From Octopus sinensis (lineage: Eukaryota): a DNA stretch of 64,000 bases. Both the position numbers and the translations under genes were made by a program. This document shows positions 24,192 to 37,152 of the stretch, in pieces. Position 1 is the stretch's first letter. Each line of letters starts with the position of its first letter. Under the pieces are notes generated by a model, which saw only the letters and a list, made by a program, of their open reading frames with translations, had not been told where the DNA came from and did no database searches. The stretch spans positions 48,732,001-48,796,000 of the forward strand of contig NC_042998.1 of NCBI RefSeq assembly GCF_006345805.1, read 5' to 3'.

Positions 24192-24356
24192 TACGACAGG
24201 CTTCTTTCAGTTCCGTCTACCAAATCCACTCACAAGGCATTGGTCGGCCGAGGCTATAGCAGAAGACACTTGCCCAAGGTGTCACGCAGTGGGACTGAAC
24301 CCGGAACCATGTGGTTGGTAAACAAGCTACGTACCACACAGCCACTCCTGCGCCTA
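23423..24356 (-). mobile_element. Two near-identical tandem full-length SINE family A copies (23423-23877, 23903-24356)
   Basis: Copies differ almost only by single-base indels and share private substitutions. Confidence 0.85.
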
Positions 24357-24359
24357 TAT

Positions 24360-24479
<120 letters not shown>

Positions 24480-25324
24480 TATATATATACACACATGCTT
24501 GTGTGACCGTTTTCATTCTATTATTTTTTTTAGTGTATCAAAATATTGCTATATTTTAAAAATTAACTTTGTTTTTTCAATTTTCTTTGTTTACGTAAGC
24601 AATTTAAAGGTTGTTGGATTGAGAGAGAAACGACATTGGAGAGTCGTACAAAATATTTCATGCTATTTAATTACGGCTGTTTGTTTTCTGAATTCAGATC
24701 CAATCGACTAAAAAGTGTACGAGTAAAAAGCTAACGATTCACTCTATCTTGCAACTTCAAGTTTATCATTACGTGCAAACACCCAAAGACAAAAATATTA
24801 TTTTTCTGTTGCTTGGGTGATCATAGTTTGTGAGAAACTCTGAGTTGCGATGCAATGAAACATCAGCTTTTTCGAAGATAAATCAACACAAAATATGGCT
24901 GTCATTAAGAAGTCGAGATTAATGGTGGACATTTTCCATCATACACTTGAATTCGTTATTTCATTCTGGTTTTGATTTATTATAACTATCTATAGCAGAA
25001 ACGAGGAAATGGTTGATTCAGTAGGTGACATTGGGGTAGAATTTTTATTGTATTATATCGATACCTAACTAATCGAAGTTCAAATCCCTCTGGGAAGATG
25101 ATCTTACCTTTCATCACACCAGTGTTGATTCAACTTACTATTATCCATTCCTATAAAACATTATTGATTATACCTAATCAAAAGAAATCTATATTTATTT
25201 GATACACATGATTATTTGAAAAAGAATATTGTCCAAAGTAAACTGATCTTCCGTCGATTTCAACGATGTGTAAATATATCAGTTGCTTGAGAAATAGTGT
25301 TCCATATTCATTGAACACCGACAA

Positions 25325-25765
25325 CACTCCGCCAAGATGTACTGATCTTCTCAAATTCCACCAAACAAGTGATCATGTGGGAACTGACTGTCCCCTGGGA
25401 TGAGCACATGGAGGAAACCCATGAGAGGCAGCTAGCCAGATACCAGTAGCTGGTGGAGCAGCGCAGAAATCGAGGTAATAAGAGTGAGCTGACGAGGTTC
25501 TGTGGGACGTTTATTCTTGAAAGCTCTGACTAAGCTTGGAGTTAATGGGGCAGCAAAACGGCACTTAACCTGCAAAGAAGGCCTTTAGATAGTTTTGAAT
25601 AAAGAGGGCAAACAAGTGATTTACTGCCATTGGGATGCAAGCTTGATCAACTGTGGCTGAGTCGTCTAGGCAAATGTTGTTGAAAGACCCCAAACCCCTT
25701 GAAATCCTAGAAACATCACTGACGATGAATCCCAGAGCATCCGCAAGATGTATCTTAAAACTATT
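25325..25765 (+). mobile_element. 3' fragment of a restriction-like-endonuclease non-LTR retrotransposon (HERO/NeSL-like)
   Basis: LRQDVLIFSNSTKQVIMWELTVPWDEHMEETHERQLARYQ*LVEQ matches the RPD...ELTVPWE...K..KY pattern; followed by a 3' UTR with a CATCACTGACGATG stem-loop. Confidence 0.7.
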
Positions 25766-25994
25766 TCATATTCATTGAATAATGATTTAAGTGAGTGAGT
25801 TTTCCACAGACACTTGTATTCTTGTCGTAGCGCCCAGGTAGCATCAGCACGACATTACAAGTGAGACGGCTCGGCTGGCCTTTGCCTAGAAAGGAAAGAC
25901 AATCTAACAACCTTCTACACAGTTTCTGTTGTATTTTCACTCACAAGGTTTAAGCCCGTTTATGTACGATTTAACTCCCTTTTTTTTTTATAAG

Positions 25995-28900
25995 AATTTA
26001 AGGCGGTAGCTAAAAGCGTACGAGATGTTTTACAATGACTAAGCACTAGCAGGTGCAGATCTGAGAAAAAATTTAAAACACTTACAGAAGCTGCTTTCTT
26101 TCAGCAATCTTAGAGTTGATCGGATTGCGAATTTTGGCAAGCAACAACCAATCCTGTCTCTTTACAGATCTGCCAAAAAAACAAAGCAAAGTCCTTTTGT
26201 CTTCTTATTTTTCCCTTAGCGTACAATAGCATATTGGTGACCTAGCACCGCTGGTATTAGCAAAGAGACTGGTCGCAGTCTTATAAAAATGAACTTGATT
26301 AAACTTACCTTCAAGATAGGAATACGAGAACCTACTAAACTTCTAAGAGATTATATTCTTACAGAAACACTTCAAGCTCCAATTTTAATAATTTTCTTGT
26401 TCTGTATAAATTTATTAAAAGATGTTGAAAATTGTAAAGCATTTGAGTGTTTTTTAACTAAATGCTATCGGATGAAAATGAAAAGCTAGTGCATACTATT
26501 TGTAGGACCCTCACAAATTAAGCCATCATTGACACCGTTAAGAAGGTATTTGCATATATTATGTTGTGTAACTATGTAATACCACCTCTAAAACCTGAAC
26601 TAGAAAATGTAAGCCTTAATTACTACAAATTTGGTAGAGAGAGAGAGAGAAGCGGTAAAGGATTTAAAGAGGCACCTATTAACAGTGAAGATAAGATTAT
26701 GCAAGGTTTTACGTGTAAGCTACTAAGCATTTTGCCAGAGATTACCATATGAAAACAATTACTGCTTTAGAGGAATCTAATCAAATTCATAGCACTATTC
26801 ATTGCTGAAGTTCCTTATCAAATATTGTTATAATCGAAGAAACTCTGATAAAAATACTCTCATAGAAATACATTATTGGTAAACTAACGTATGGTATGAC
26901 AGTATTAGATTCAGCATGTAGCTATACTATTGTCGAGAAACACTGGTTAGAAGTGTTTGTAGGTACACTGAGAGACTGTGATGAATATTTGATAAAAGTT
27001 TCAGTCATTGTGATGGAGTGGCTGTAAAATCTAATAAAATGGGTTTCCTGTCATTACATTAGCTGCCAGAGCTTATAGTGAAGAAAACCATGAAAAATGA
27101 CTTAGCTCAGCTCCTTTACTGTGAATCAATGAAAACTCTTAGAATGATGCTGGTCTTTAAAAGTTATCTCAATTGAGTTTTAAGCAGATTTGTAAAACTG
27201 AAAACTACATCATTTTGTCATTATCGCCTTTTAACTAACAAGCTATTAAAAGATTGCTATATTCTGAATATTGTGTTACGTGTAAAAATTCTAAATTAGT
27301 GCTCCAAGTGCTCCAGAGCAGAGTCGAGGAAGTGGGTTGAAAAACTCCGCCCCCAGTTTGCTCATTCTTCAAATGAGAAACTGATGTTTTTAGTTCGGAA
27401 GAACAACACATTCAGTGATAATGAATTCTGAAAACTTGTTTAAAATGTCTGTGGCTCTTCGCAGATTTTCATAATTTTCGAAGATCTCCTGCAATTAATG
27501 GTGAGATTGCTTCTTGGAAATAAGTTCAAAGAGACAGCTTGTCTTGATTTGAAGAAATACATTCGCAATGAATTTATATATGTTATTGATACCACTACTA
27601 AGAAATCCTGTTTCCAGAAAATTCAAGATATGAAGAATATATTTTTCATGTGAATAAGCGACAATGAGTGTAAGTTGACCATAATTATTACCTACAGGTG
27701 AATGAAAACCCGAACTTTGAACCATATGCAACTGTCGCAGGCTGCATGCTATAGAATGTTCCTTGATAGCTAATTAATACAAAATATATAACACTTTAGC
27801 AAGACCAAAGCGTCTTTCGAAGCATTGTTTTCTATAACTGATCTGATGACTAGTATAAAAAGACTTCGGTAGCATAACTTCCCACATTAAACCTCAGTGT
27901 TCTCATGATTCTTTCACTAGTCTTATCATCTATGAAACAGAGACTGCATTTGAATTTATTCTAACCATACCACTAGTCGTTAGGGATTCCAGAGTAGTTA
28001 GTTACTTGGTCAGACAGAATTAAGGGTGTGCTAATTATATCTTAAGTGATTCTGAACTCCATTTGTAGCACTGACAATCCAAGCGGGGGATGTCTCATGT
28101 TCATGCTTAATATCTAATGTTTCATACTTCAGCCGCCATCATGTTGTAGCGCTCAATAGTGTTATTCTCTATATTACAAGTGTTTGACATAGAAGGTAGA
28201 TTTATATTAATTAGGCACGCAGGAGCAGTCGATAATAGCGTATCAGAACAAAAAAGAATCTGATAAGGAAGTTGTAATAAGAAAATCTAAAAGATATGTA
28301 GAAGATATAGCTCTAGTGAATGAAGAGTATGAAAATCTACTTAACGAGAATAGCAAAGTCCTGGGTTGAGAAGATGCTGAAGAGAATGAAATATATAATG
28401 TAGAAGTTAATGACATTATTGCTAGATTTAAAAGATAGGACTGAAAATCACATAGAGATAAAGTGATGGAGTATAAAATGAAGAGATATGAGGAGTGTAA
28501 AAGTGAAAAGCTATGACTTGACAATCAAATTCAAAATGAAAATACAGTCATAGGTGGAGTTTAATGTCGTGGAGCAGAGGATGAAGATCCTATCTGTGTT
28601 AACTGGAATCATTTAAATAAAATGAAAAGAGGCGATTCAAGCAACTCCAATTTGATGAGCAGAAACTTATAATTTTACTATCGGCTGAGCACAAGAAAGT
28701 AGCAGAAGCAACTGATGCCAAACATAAAGAAATACAAAATCTGGAGAATTGGGATGTATATGAATGTCTTCCCACAAATTGGTCAGAAAACTAAAGATAT
28801 GTGGTGACGGAAAAGTATAATGGTAATAAGGTAAATGAAAGGCCATCTTCTTGAATGTCGTTAGGTGGAAGTTTGAAGTATTCAAAAAACAAAGTCTTCA

Positions 28901-30080
28901 ACATGCCTGCCATACAATCATGCAGTTAGTAATGCTAATTGCATTAGATATAAATTAGAGAATGCAGACTCTTGATTTTATCTCGCCATTTTTGCAGGGC
29001 ATTCTCCTGAAGAGAGAAGTACCCCTTAAGGTTTCTTCTTATGCAAACGCTGGTGAGATGCATCTACAGGTTAAATGATAGACCACCGTCATTGTACAAA
29101 AAGGTCACTCAAGAACAGACTTAGTTAAGAGGTGTCTTTCTTTTCGCCCTTTTCAAGACTAGCCAGGCTCATGGGCCCAATTTCCCGGTTTCTGTGGCGT
29201 ATGTGTTCCACCCAGCTGGACGGGACGCCAGTCCATCGTGGTAAAAATGCGCTCTTTTAAATCATAGCCACGCTCATGGGCCCGGTTTCCCTGTATCTGT
29301 GGCGTATGTGTTCCACCCAGCTGGACGGGACGCCAGTCCTTCGCAGTAAAAATGCGCCCTTTTAGAGCCTAGGCAGGCTCATGGGCCCGGTTTCCCGGTT
29401 TCTGTGGCGTATGTGTTCCCCAGCCGGATGAGACGCCAGTCCATCGCAGCGTTACTCATTTTTGCCAGCTGAGTGGACTGGACCAGCGTGAAATGAAGTG
29501 TTTTGCTCAAGAACACAACGCATCGCCCGGTCCAGGAATCGAAACCACAATATTATGACCATGATGCTGACACCCTAACCACTAAGCGACGCGCCTCCTC
29601 AGTTAAGAGGTATAGTGAGCGCTAAAGACAATATTTTATTTCTCTAGCATGAGGAAATGTGAATTTAATTGGTATTCTAGTGATGACCTTTCCCCAGCTC
29701 AGATAATATATAAATATCTCATCTAGATGTATCATTTGAAACCTATAGAATGAGCAATAACTGCAAAACATCCCTAAATGATGAGTTTTTCGAAACTAAT
29801 AAAACATTATCGAAGATTACAAAGAACGGCCTCATATCGTTTCCAGAACCTTCAAATCGGAACATTATCTGCTATTCTGGTGTCATTTATACTACTGTTT
29901 AAACTGTTGCATGAGACATTATTTGAACAAGAAATTGGAATAGAATACCTCATAAGGCATAGCAGCAATGATAATGTGTAGTTTATTTCCCTTTTGTTTA
30001 TCCATAACAGGAAATTAAGATGGCGACTGAAAATGTGTTGGAGATTTTATAATGACTAAGCATTGGCAAGTGCATGTTTA
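25995..30080 (+). mobile_element. Heavily degraded Ty1/copia LTR retrotransposon (GalEa-like), interrupted by a SINE
   Basis: Gag-like LQAPILI (about 26370), protease TVLDSACSYT...HWLE (about 26900), RT AKHKEIQNLENWDVYE (about 28720) and QTLDFISPFLQGILLKREV (about 28965), DVSFE...NK...FP...CYSG (29720-29880); candidate LTR remnants 25995-26066/30010-30075. Confidence 0.6.
29135..29600 (-). mobile_element. SINE family D copy with its roughly 108-bp tail module triplicated
   Basis: Three tandem GCTCATGGGCCC..TTTCCC...GGCGTATGTGTTCC...GGACGCCAGTCC units at 29162-29450, followed by the D body and head. Confidence 0.8.
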
Positions 30081-30399
30081 AAGCTTTACAGGGCAGATCC
30101 AAGGACATTTTCCCAAGGTACTGTGTGCATTGGGATCAAATTCGTGATTTTCATCACCACATGGCTATGTCAGCAGCTGTTCACGTATCGTATGAACATG
30201 TATGTTTGTATGTGTGATGTTCATATAGGTATATATGTATGATGTATTTATGTTTGTATGTATGTTTTATTTTTCTCTTTTTAGAGTAAATTTTGACCGG
30301 CCACCTACTTACCAGCAACGTCATAATCGAAAGCATCTTGTTTTCCCTAACATCCTTTAAATTTTTAGATCATGCAGATATATTTTGTCCCAGATATCG

Positions 30400-30740
30400 T
30401 GATCATTTATAGCGAATAAAATAGGGAATTGCATTCTCTGTCCAAAAATCCAACTTCACTAGATACGAAACTGAAATGTATCTTGGGTACTGGATTTACA
30501 AACTTTTTATCAATGGTCCATATATGTTTTTTTTCTTTTTCCTCCTGTATTGTGCTGGCCTCATTGGTGTACAGCGGGCAGCTGATTTCCACAACATAGC
30601 ATGTATTTTTATCGTGTCCGTATGTTTGTATAAAATAGAAGCGCCGGTTGTTTTCAATAAGTTTTGTCTCGCGATTTTTCAAAATAATTTTTCAAGAAGG
30701 TTGTTTTTAAAGAAAATCTTAAGATGAAACCTAGGCAGAA
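30400..30740 (-). mobile_element. Degraded restriction-like endonuclease domain of a non-LTR retrotransposon (R4/CRE-like)
   Basis: ETKLIENNRRF...DKNTCYVVEISCPLYTN...EEKEKKH resembles the HNRPD...C.IIE.SCP.D.N...EK..KY pattern. Confidence 0.45.
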
Positions 30741-30900
30741 TAATCAACGCCCCCAGTTTCAAAAGATATATTGTATTTAAACAAATATACCTGCCAATGA
30801 ATTCTTTTTTGTTGGAGTTAAATTGGAGTTAACGTTTTCCAACGAAAACTATATTCATAAACTCGCGCGCGCGCGCGCACATACATGTTCACGCGTGTCT

Positions 30901-30955
<55 letters not shown>

Positions 30956-30965
30956 AATCCATACA

Positions 30966-31021
<56 letters not shown>

Positions 31022-31050
31022 CATAAATACATACATATATATATATATAT

Positions 31051-31266
31051 ATAATCGGTTGGACCACGCAGTTGTCGAGTGGTACCCGCGCGAGCGGAAA
31101 AGACCACCCGGAAGACCTCCACGACGATGGAGTTACGATTTCAGGAGGACGATTGGGATCACGTGGATGAGAAAGGCGCGATCCAGAGAGGAGTGGACAG
31201 CGTACTGTGACCAGCGGGGTCAAATGGACGCCTGACGGACTGGTCGGTCAAGGTGATCAAGGTGAT
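31051..31266 (+). mobile_element. Short 3' fragment of the RTE LINE inside (TA)n
   Basis: High identity to the 3' end of the 37986 element ([18 protein letters not shown]...); tail TCAAGGTGA twice; TA repeats on both sides. Confidence 0.9.
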
Positions 31267-31399
31267 ATATTTATATATATATATATACATACATACACAC
31301 ATGTACATCTTTGTATGCACACATATGCATGTATACATGTGCATATAAATATATATCAATATATGTTTATATATGTTTATGTGTGTGTGCGCGCGCGTG

Positions 31400-32109
31400 T
31401 TGTGTAAGTATGTATTCGCGTTGGAAGCTCCAATACGAACATTTCAGGGTGTCTAGATGTCAATCTGAGAACAGTGCAATCTGAGGACATGTACTGACAG
31501 TGATCAAAATTAAATATAGTCAACATCATGGCGTTTGGGGTGATCACTAGTGATGGCGACGTTATGCCTCCATTCATCTGACCACATCTCAGACTCAACA
31601 CGTAGGCTTACATCAAATGCCGGAGGAGGTAGTGCTGCCCTGTGTGAAGAAGGTGACTCTATGTCTGGCAACAGGACCCTATGTCTGGCAACAGGACTCT
31701 GCACCATGCCGCACAGGCAGGAGAACCCAGTCATGGCTGTTATACAATTTCTGTGACCACATCACCCCTAACATCTGGGCACCTAACTCCGAAGACTGCA
31801 CCTTCCTTGATTATAATGTGTGGAGCGCAGTTGAGGGAGAGACCAACAAAACTCCTTGTAACACCAAAGATGAAAGGCAAGGATTACGGCAGCATTGATG
31901 AACTTAAGCAAAGAGTCTGTCAAGAAGTGTTGCAGGAGATTCCGAAGTCGTGGTTGAAGCCAATGGCAATTTTATTGAATGATTTTACTCTTTAGTATTT
32001 CAAGATATTTTTATGTAATTTTGGTAAATATATGTGTTAAAATTAAAAGTCAGTATAATTTTCATTTTTGCATAATTTAAACGACAGTTTATTCAATTCA
32101 CCGCACCTG
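31400..32109 (+). mobile_element. Internally deleted maT (DD37D) Tc1/mariner transposase pseudogene
   Basis: YVWQQD-SAPCRTGRRTQSWLLYNFCDHITPNIWAPNSEDCTFL-DYNVW has 37 residues between the catalytic Asp residues; 19-bp internal duplication at about 31659-31698. Confidence 0.8.
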
Positions 32110-32142
32110 AATATATATATATAATATATAATATATAAACAT

Positions 32143-32182
<40 letters not shown>

Positions 32183-32779
32183 ATATATATATATATATTA
32201 TATATACATATATATATGTAAACTATGTATATGTAAACATAGAATATCCACGTATTACTGGAAACAAGTAAAAGAAGAAAAGAGCAACATATATATAAAA
32301 GAATATCTACGTGCATATTTATATACCCCCACGTATTTTCAAATAATGAAGATATATAGCTTCTTCCCTGGACAATATAGATGTTCATCTCTATGTGACA
32401 GTTTAAGCTGGTCCATAGTGCCAGTTTTTTTTCTTGTTGTTCTTTACCTCTTTTTTTGGTGTATCTGGATTCAAATGCATAGTAAATTATGCGTTGGTGT
32501 ATCATGGGTTACCTAACTCGGCTTTGATTCTCATGAAGGATCATGGCCTCGTCACATTAAAGCATGTTTGTAAACGTGTGCTTTCAAAATAGAATCATTT
32601 GTATTTACAAAGATATTGCTTCAGGTAACAACTTTAAGACACCAGCTTCCTAACATCCATTCAATCTAACCCATTTCGTCGAAAATACATACAGAAATAA
32701 TACATAAATAGTATTATATATTTACATACAAATGTATATATATATATAAATGTATGTGTATATATATGTATATATTTGG

Positions 32780-33991
32780 AAAAAAGTCAAGGCAGAAAAT
32801 GATAGAATAATTTTATAAAAAACATTTCAGTACCGGTTTCAGTCATTCAGACTTTTTCAACTGTAAGTATGGAAAACAATTAAATTTTGGAAAAATTAAA
32901 AGAAAAGTTTTTAAAAGAATATTTGCATAGTATTCAAGTACAAGGGGTATTTTCCTTGTTTCTGCCTGTCTCTGTCTCTCTTGTGGGTTCTACTCTGTCT
33001 ACTCTTGTGTGTTCGATATCGTTGTGAATTCTTGACAAGGAAGAAGAAGAAGAAGAAGAAGAAGAAGAAGAATAAGGACAGGCGGAGGAGGAGGAGGAAG
33101 AAGAAGAAAAGAAGAAGAAGAAGAAGAAGAAGAAGAAGGTGTTATTCTAAAGAGAAGAAAGAAGAAGAGAGAAGGAGAGAAGAAGAAGAGGGAGATGAGA
33201 GAGAAGAAGGAAGAGAGGCCGAGATTCAAGAGAAGAAGAAAGAAGAAGAGAAGAAGAAATGAGGGAAGCGGGAAGTTGCCTGTGAGTGGTAGAGTAGTAG
33301 TTGAAAGTGTCTAACTGTTGGTGTCTTGATGTGGGCGTAGTAGTAGTGAATTATGGTGATCTCTTGTCTTTGGGTTGAATAGTTTTGTTTAGTAGAAAGG
33401 GACTTGTTCCGTAGGTGTTAATTCTAGACATCTCTTTTGATGATAAAATTTGCGTAGGTGTAATAACAGCAATAGTGGTGAAGTTAGGAAGACGTAACTG
33501 AGAGAAGAAGAAGAAGAAGAAGAAGAAAGAAGAAGAAAGAAGAAGAAGAAGAGGAGTAGGTGGTATGATAGTAGTAGGATGTTAAATGGTCAAGTGACCT
33601 AAAAGTGACTCGTTATGGATTAAAGTAGTGATTGGGACTGTTTTTAATGAATTCTTGTGAATCTCTTGAGTGTATCATTATTAATATTTGCGTGTATGTT
33701 TGTATTATTTGAAGGCGTGGTGGATATGTCATTTGTTGTAGATACGTTCGAAAGCGATCTGTATTTTGTAATAAAAAGAGTCTCTTTAATAATTCGTTGG
33801 TTACAAGTTGTATCGTCCCTGAATCGGTAGAGGGGAAAAATTCTGAAGCTTGGAGTTTTGTTATTGGCGCAAATGTCGATGTGTTGGCTGAATGATGTTT
33901 TTCTGTTTTGGAGAAATTTGATCTGAGATCTGTGCAGAGCCATCCTTTTACGTAGACTGTTTTTTGTTTGGCCTATGTATTGGTAATACAT
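32780..33991 (-). mobile_element. 3' end of a Penelope-like element: GIY-YIG endonuclease remnant, (CTT)n-rich tail and terminal repeat
   Basis: ORF 33644..33991 YIGQTKNSLRKRMALH...RIIKETLFI (YIG, conserved Arg/His/Glu); hammerhead motif downstream. Confidence 0.8.
32828..32863 (-). ncRNA. Minimal hammerhead ribozyme motif (variant core UUGAAAA) in the Penelope terminal region
   Basis: Minus strand CAG UUGAAAA AGUC-UGAAU-GACU GAAA CCGG UA CUG: stem I CAG/CUG, stem II AGUC/GACU, palindromic stem III ACCGGU, GUA site. Confidence 0.55.
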
Positions 33992-33999
33992 AAGCTATA

Positions 34000-34224
34000 T
34001 ATCGCTTCACAACCGATGTTGCTGTGTTTACATCCTCATAACCTAGCCGTTTGGCAAACGCACCGATAGAATAAGTACTAAGTTTACAAAGAATAAATGC
34101 TGGGTTCGATTTCTTCGGCTAAAAGCGCTGCTCCAGAATGTCTGCAGTCACTTGACCGAAACAAATAAGACAATGAAAAAACTAAGCTATTTTAATCCCG
34201 AGCAACACCGGGTATGTCTTCTAG

Positions 34225-34298
<74 letters not shown>

Positions 34299-34655
34299 CT
34301 ACATACATACTTAAATACATACATATATATATATATATATACGACATGGTTCCGGGTTCAGACCCACTGCGTGTCACCTACTGTAGCCTCGGGCCGACCA
34401 AAGCCTTGTGAGTAGATTTGGTAAACAGAAACTGAAACAAGCCCGTGTATGGTGGTGTGTTGTGGTATGCGTCTATATGTGTGTGGGTGTGTGTGTGTGT
34501 GTGTGTGTGGGTATTTTTGTGTTGCTAACCCCACCATCCTTGACAAGCAATGTTTGTGTGTTTACATCACTGTAACTTAGCGGTTTGGCAAAAAGGACTC
34601 ATATAATGAGTACTAGGCTTACAAAGAATAAGTCCTGAGGTCGATTGTGTTCGAT
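34000..34655 (+). mobile_element. Fragments of SINE family A (tail 34005-34170; 5'-truncated copy 34345-34655)
   Basis: Family A body and tail motifs. Confidence 0.7.
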
Positions 34656-35295
34656 AAAAGAAAGGAATATATATATATATAAATTTATATATATAATATA
34701 TAATATATATATATATATATGCGTACATCGGTCGTGTAGATCACCGGTCAAAAATTATGTGTCTCACTGGCACATATCTTGATATTTCTTTCTATAACCC
34801 TTTAGGATGTCCCTCTAAACATTACCATTCGTATTATTTTGACCTTGAGGTGATATTTAGTCCGTTTCTTATTTATTTCGTCTTTGTCATTCGTACATCG
34901 TCTTAAATTACACTTATTCACTTTCGTATCCATTTCTGTATCGCTTGTATCCATGTGTTGTTTGCTTTCGACCCTATATTCTCCGCAAATTTTGCGGGTA
35001 CCGCCAGTATAGTAAGCCTCTCAATCTTATCATGAATGGTACGAAACTGAGTAATACCATCAGGTTGTTAACTGATGAAGAATTAGGGACCTTCTGTGTC
35101 TGTCTTCCGTCCTTTTGTACACTCAATATGCGTTATATTGTTTTATTGCTCATTTGTGTATTTACGATACATTTTTCATTTTTACTTATTCTACCTGTCT
35201 CTTATTACCGAAGCCCTAAGTTATGGGGGCATAAACACACCAAACACTAACAAGCAGTAGGGGGAAAATACACACACACACACACACATGTGGGT

Positions 35296-35327
<32 letters not shown>

Positions 35328-35369
35328 ATATATACTATATATATATATATATATATATAATCTATATAT

Positions 35370-35535
35370 ATACGACAGGCTTCTTTCAGTTTTCTTCTAC
35401 AAAATCTACTCACAAGGGTTTAGTCGGCTCAAGGCTAGGCCTAAGGTGCCACACTGGGTTCTGTCCCACAGCGTGGTCCCTTAGGCAAGTGTCTTCTGCT
35501 ATAGCTCCGGGCCGACAAAACCCATGTGAGTGGAT
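35370..35535. mobile_element. Rearranged SINE family A fragments
   Basis: Minus-strand fragment ACGACAGGCTTCTTTCAG joined to plus-strand fragment GGCAAGTGTCTTCTGCTATAG. Confidence 0.6.
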
Positions 35536-35767
35536 TTTGAAGGATCATGGCCTCATCATATAAAAGCATGTTTGTAACGTGGCGTTTGAAAAACAGCATC
35601 ATTTGCATTTACAATGATATTCCAGAGACAATACATAAACAGCATTATATATTTACGTCAAAATCCCTCTCTTTTTAATTCCTTTAATGAGCACCGAACT
35701 AATCATTCCATGTGCACGACCTTTTGTTGTTTAGTTATTATTATTTTTAAGATTCCATTATTGATTT

Positions 35768-35803
<36 letters not shown>

Positions 35804-36112
35804 TGTTGTGTGTGTGTTTGTGTGTGTGTGTGTGTGATTGTGTGTGTGTGACTGTGCGTGTATATGTGTGTGTATAAGAATAATATATAATATTCATAAT
35901 AGATATAAATGTATATATATATATACGTGTGGTGTGTGTGTGTGTGCATTACATATATATAGATGTATATATATATGTATATATCTATATATATATATAT
36001 ACATAATATATAATATATATATATAATATATATATTTTATATAATCAGATAAATTCATCTATTTACTTAATATCGAGGTCTCTCATTCTTTTGTGTCTTG
36101 CCATTTCTATCA

Positions 36113-36173
<61 letters not shown>

Positions 36174-36254
36174 GTGTGTGTTGTGGTGTATGTATGTATG
36201 TATGTATGTATATATATATATAATTATATATATATATATATATATAATATATAT

Positions 36255-36290
<36 letters not shown>

Positions 36291-36775
36291 ATATATATAT
36301 ATATTATAATTATATCATAATATACGCGTGCCGTTATTCAAATACCGTATTTCCATTACAACAGTTATAACAAGATTCTTGTATTTGAGTGAACACAATG
36401 TCAAGTACATCTATATCCACGAATACGTGTCTCTCCTTCATTTAGCTCATCTGCCGCATATAAGAACTATAAATTTAGAGCTAATAAAGAAAATTCTTTT
36501 ATCGCTATTTTGACAATGATTTGACTTGAGTCAATTGCTGAACATTTGAACAAATGTTTGCATATTGGAAATACACTATGAATTAATTAACTTTACATTA
36601 TTCCGAACAACTAACTCTTTTGAGATCCAAAATTTATGAATACACACACACACACACACATATGTATGTACGTATGTACTTACCTACATACATACTTACA
36701 TAAATATGCATATATATATACCTACATACATACATATATATTATATTATATATATATATATAATATATATATTAT

Positions 36776-36811
<36 letters not shown>

Positions 36812-36943
36812 ATATTTGTGTGTGTATATATAAAATTATTAAAATTGTAATTTAGAGTATCTAAGCGATACCACCACGCTGGAAATAGCAGCCAAAACTT
36901 GACTCTAAAACCACATTAAATGTTTATACAGCACCAGGAGAGA

Positions 36944-37152
36944 AGACAAAATAAACTAGCAAAAAATTACTGGATAATTCCAGATCCTGAATTTCTGGCT
37001 CTGCACAAGAAATGCTTTGCCTCATCAGTGGAATATACTCAGATAGCAAATAAATACAAATATATGTATATATATATATATATAACATACGGATACTCAC
37101 ATACCCGAACATATACAATTATCCAGTAATTTTTTGCTAATTTATTTTGTCT
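36944..37152. repeat. 36-bp inverted repeat pair (1 mismatch) enclosing 137 bp
   Basis: AGACAAAATAAACTAGCAAAAAATTACTGGATAATT (36944-36979) / AATTATCCAGTAATTTTTTGCTAATTTATTTTGTCT (37117-37152); no clear TSD. Confidence 0.8.

Noticed and set aside
32981-33262. Lys/Arg/Glu-rich ORF
   Set aside because: Translation of the (GAA)n tract within the Penelope tail
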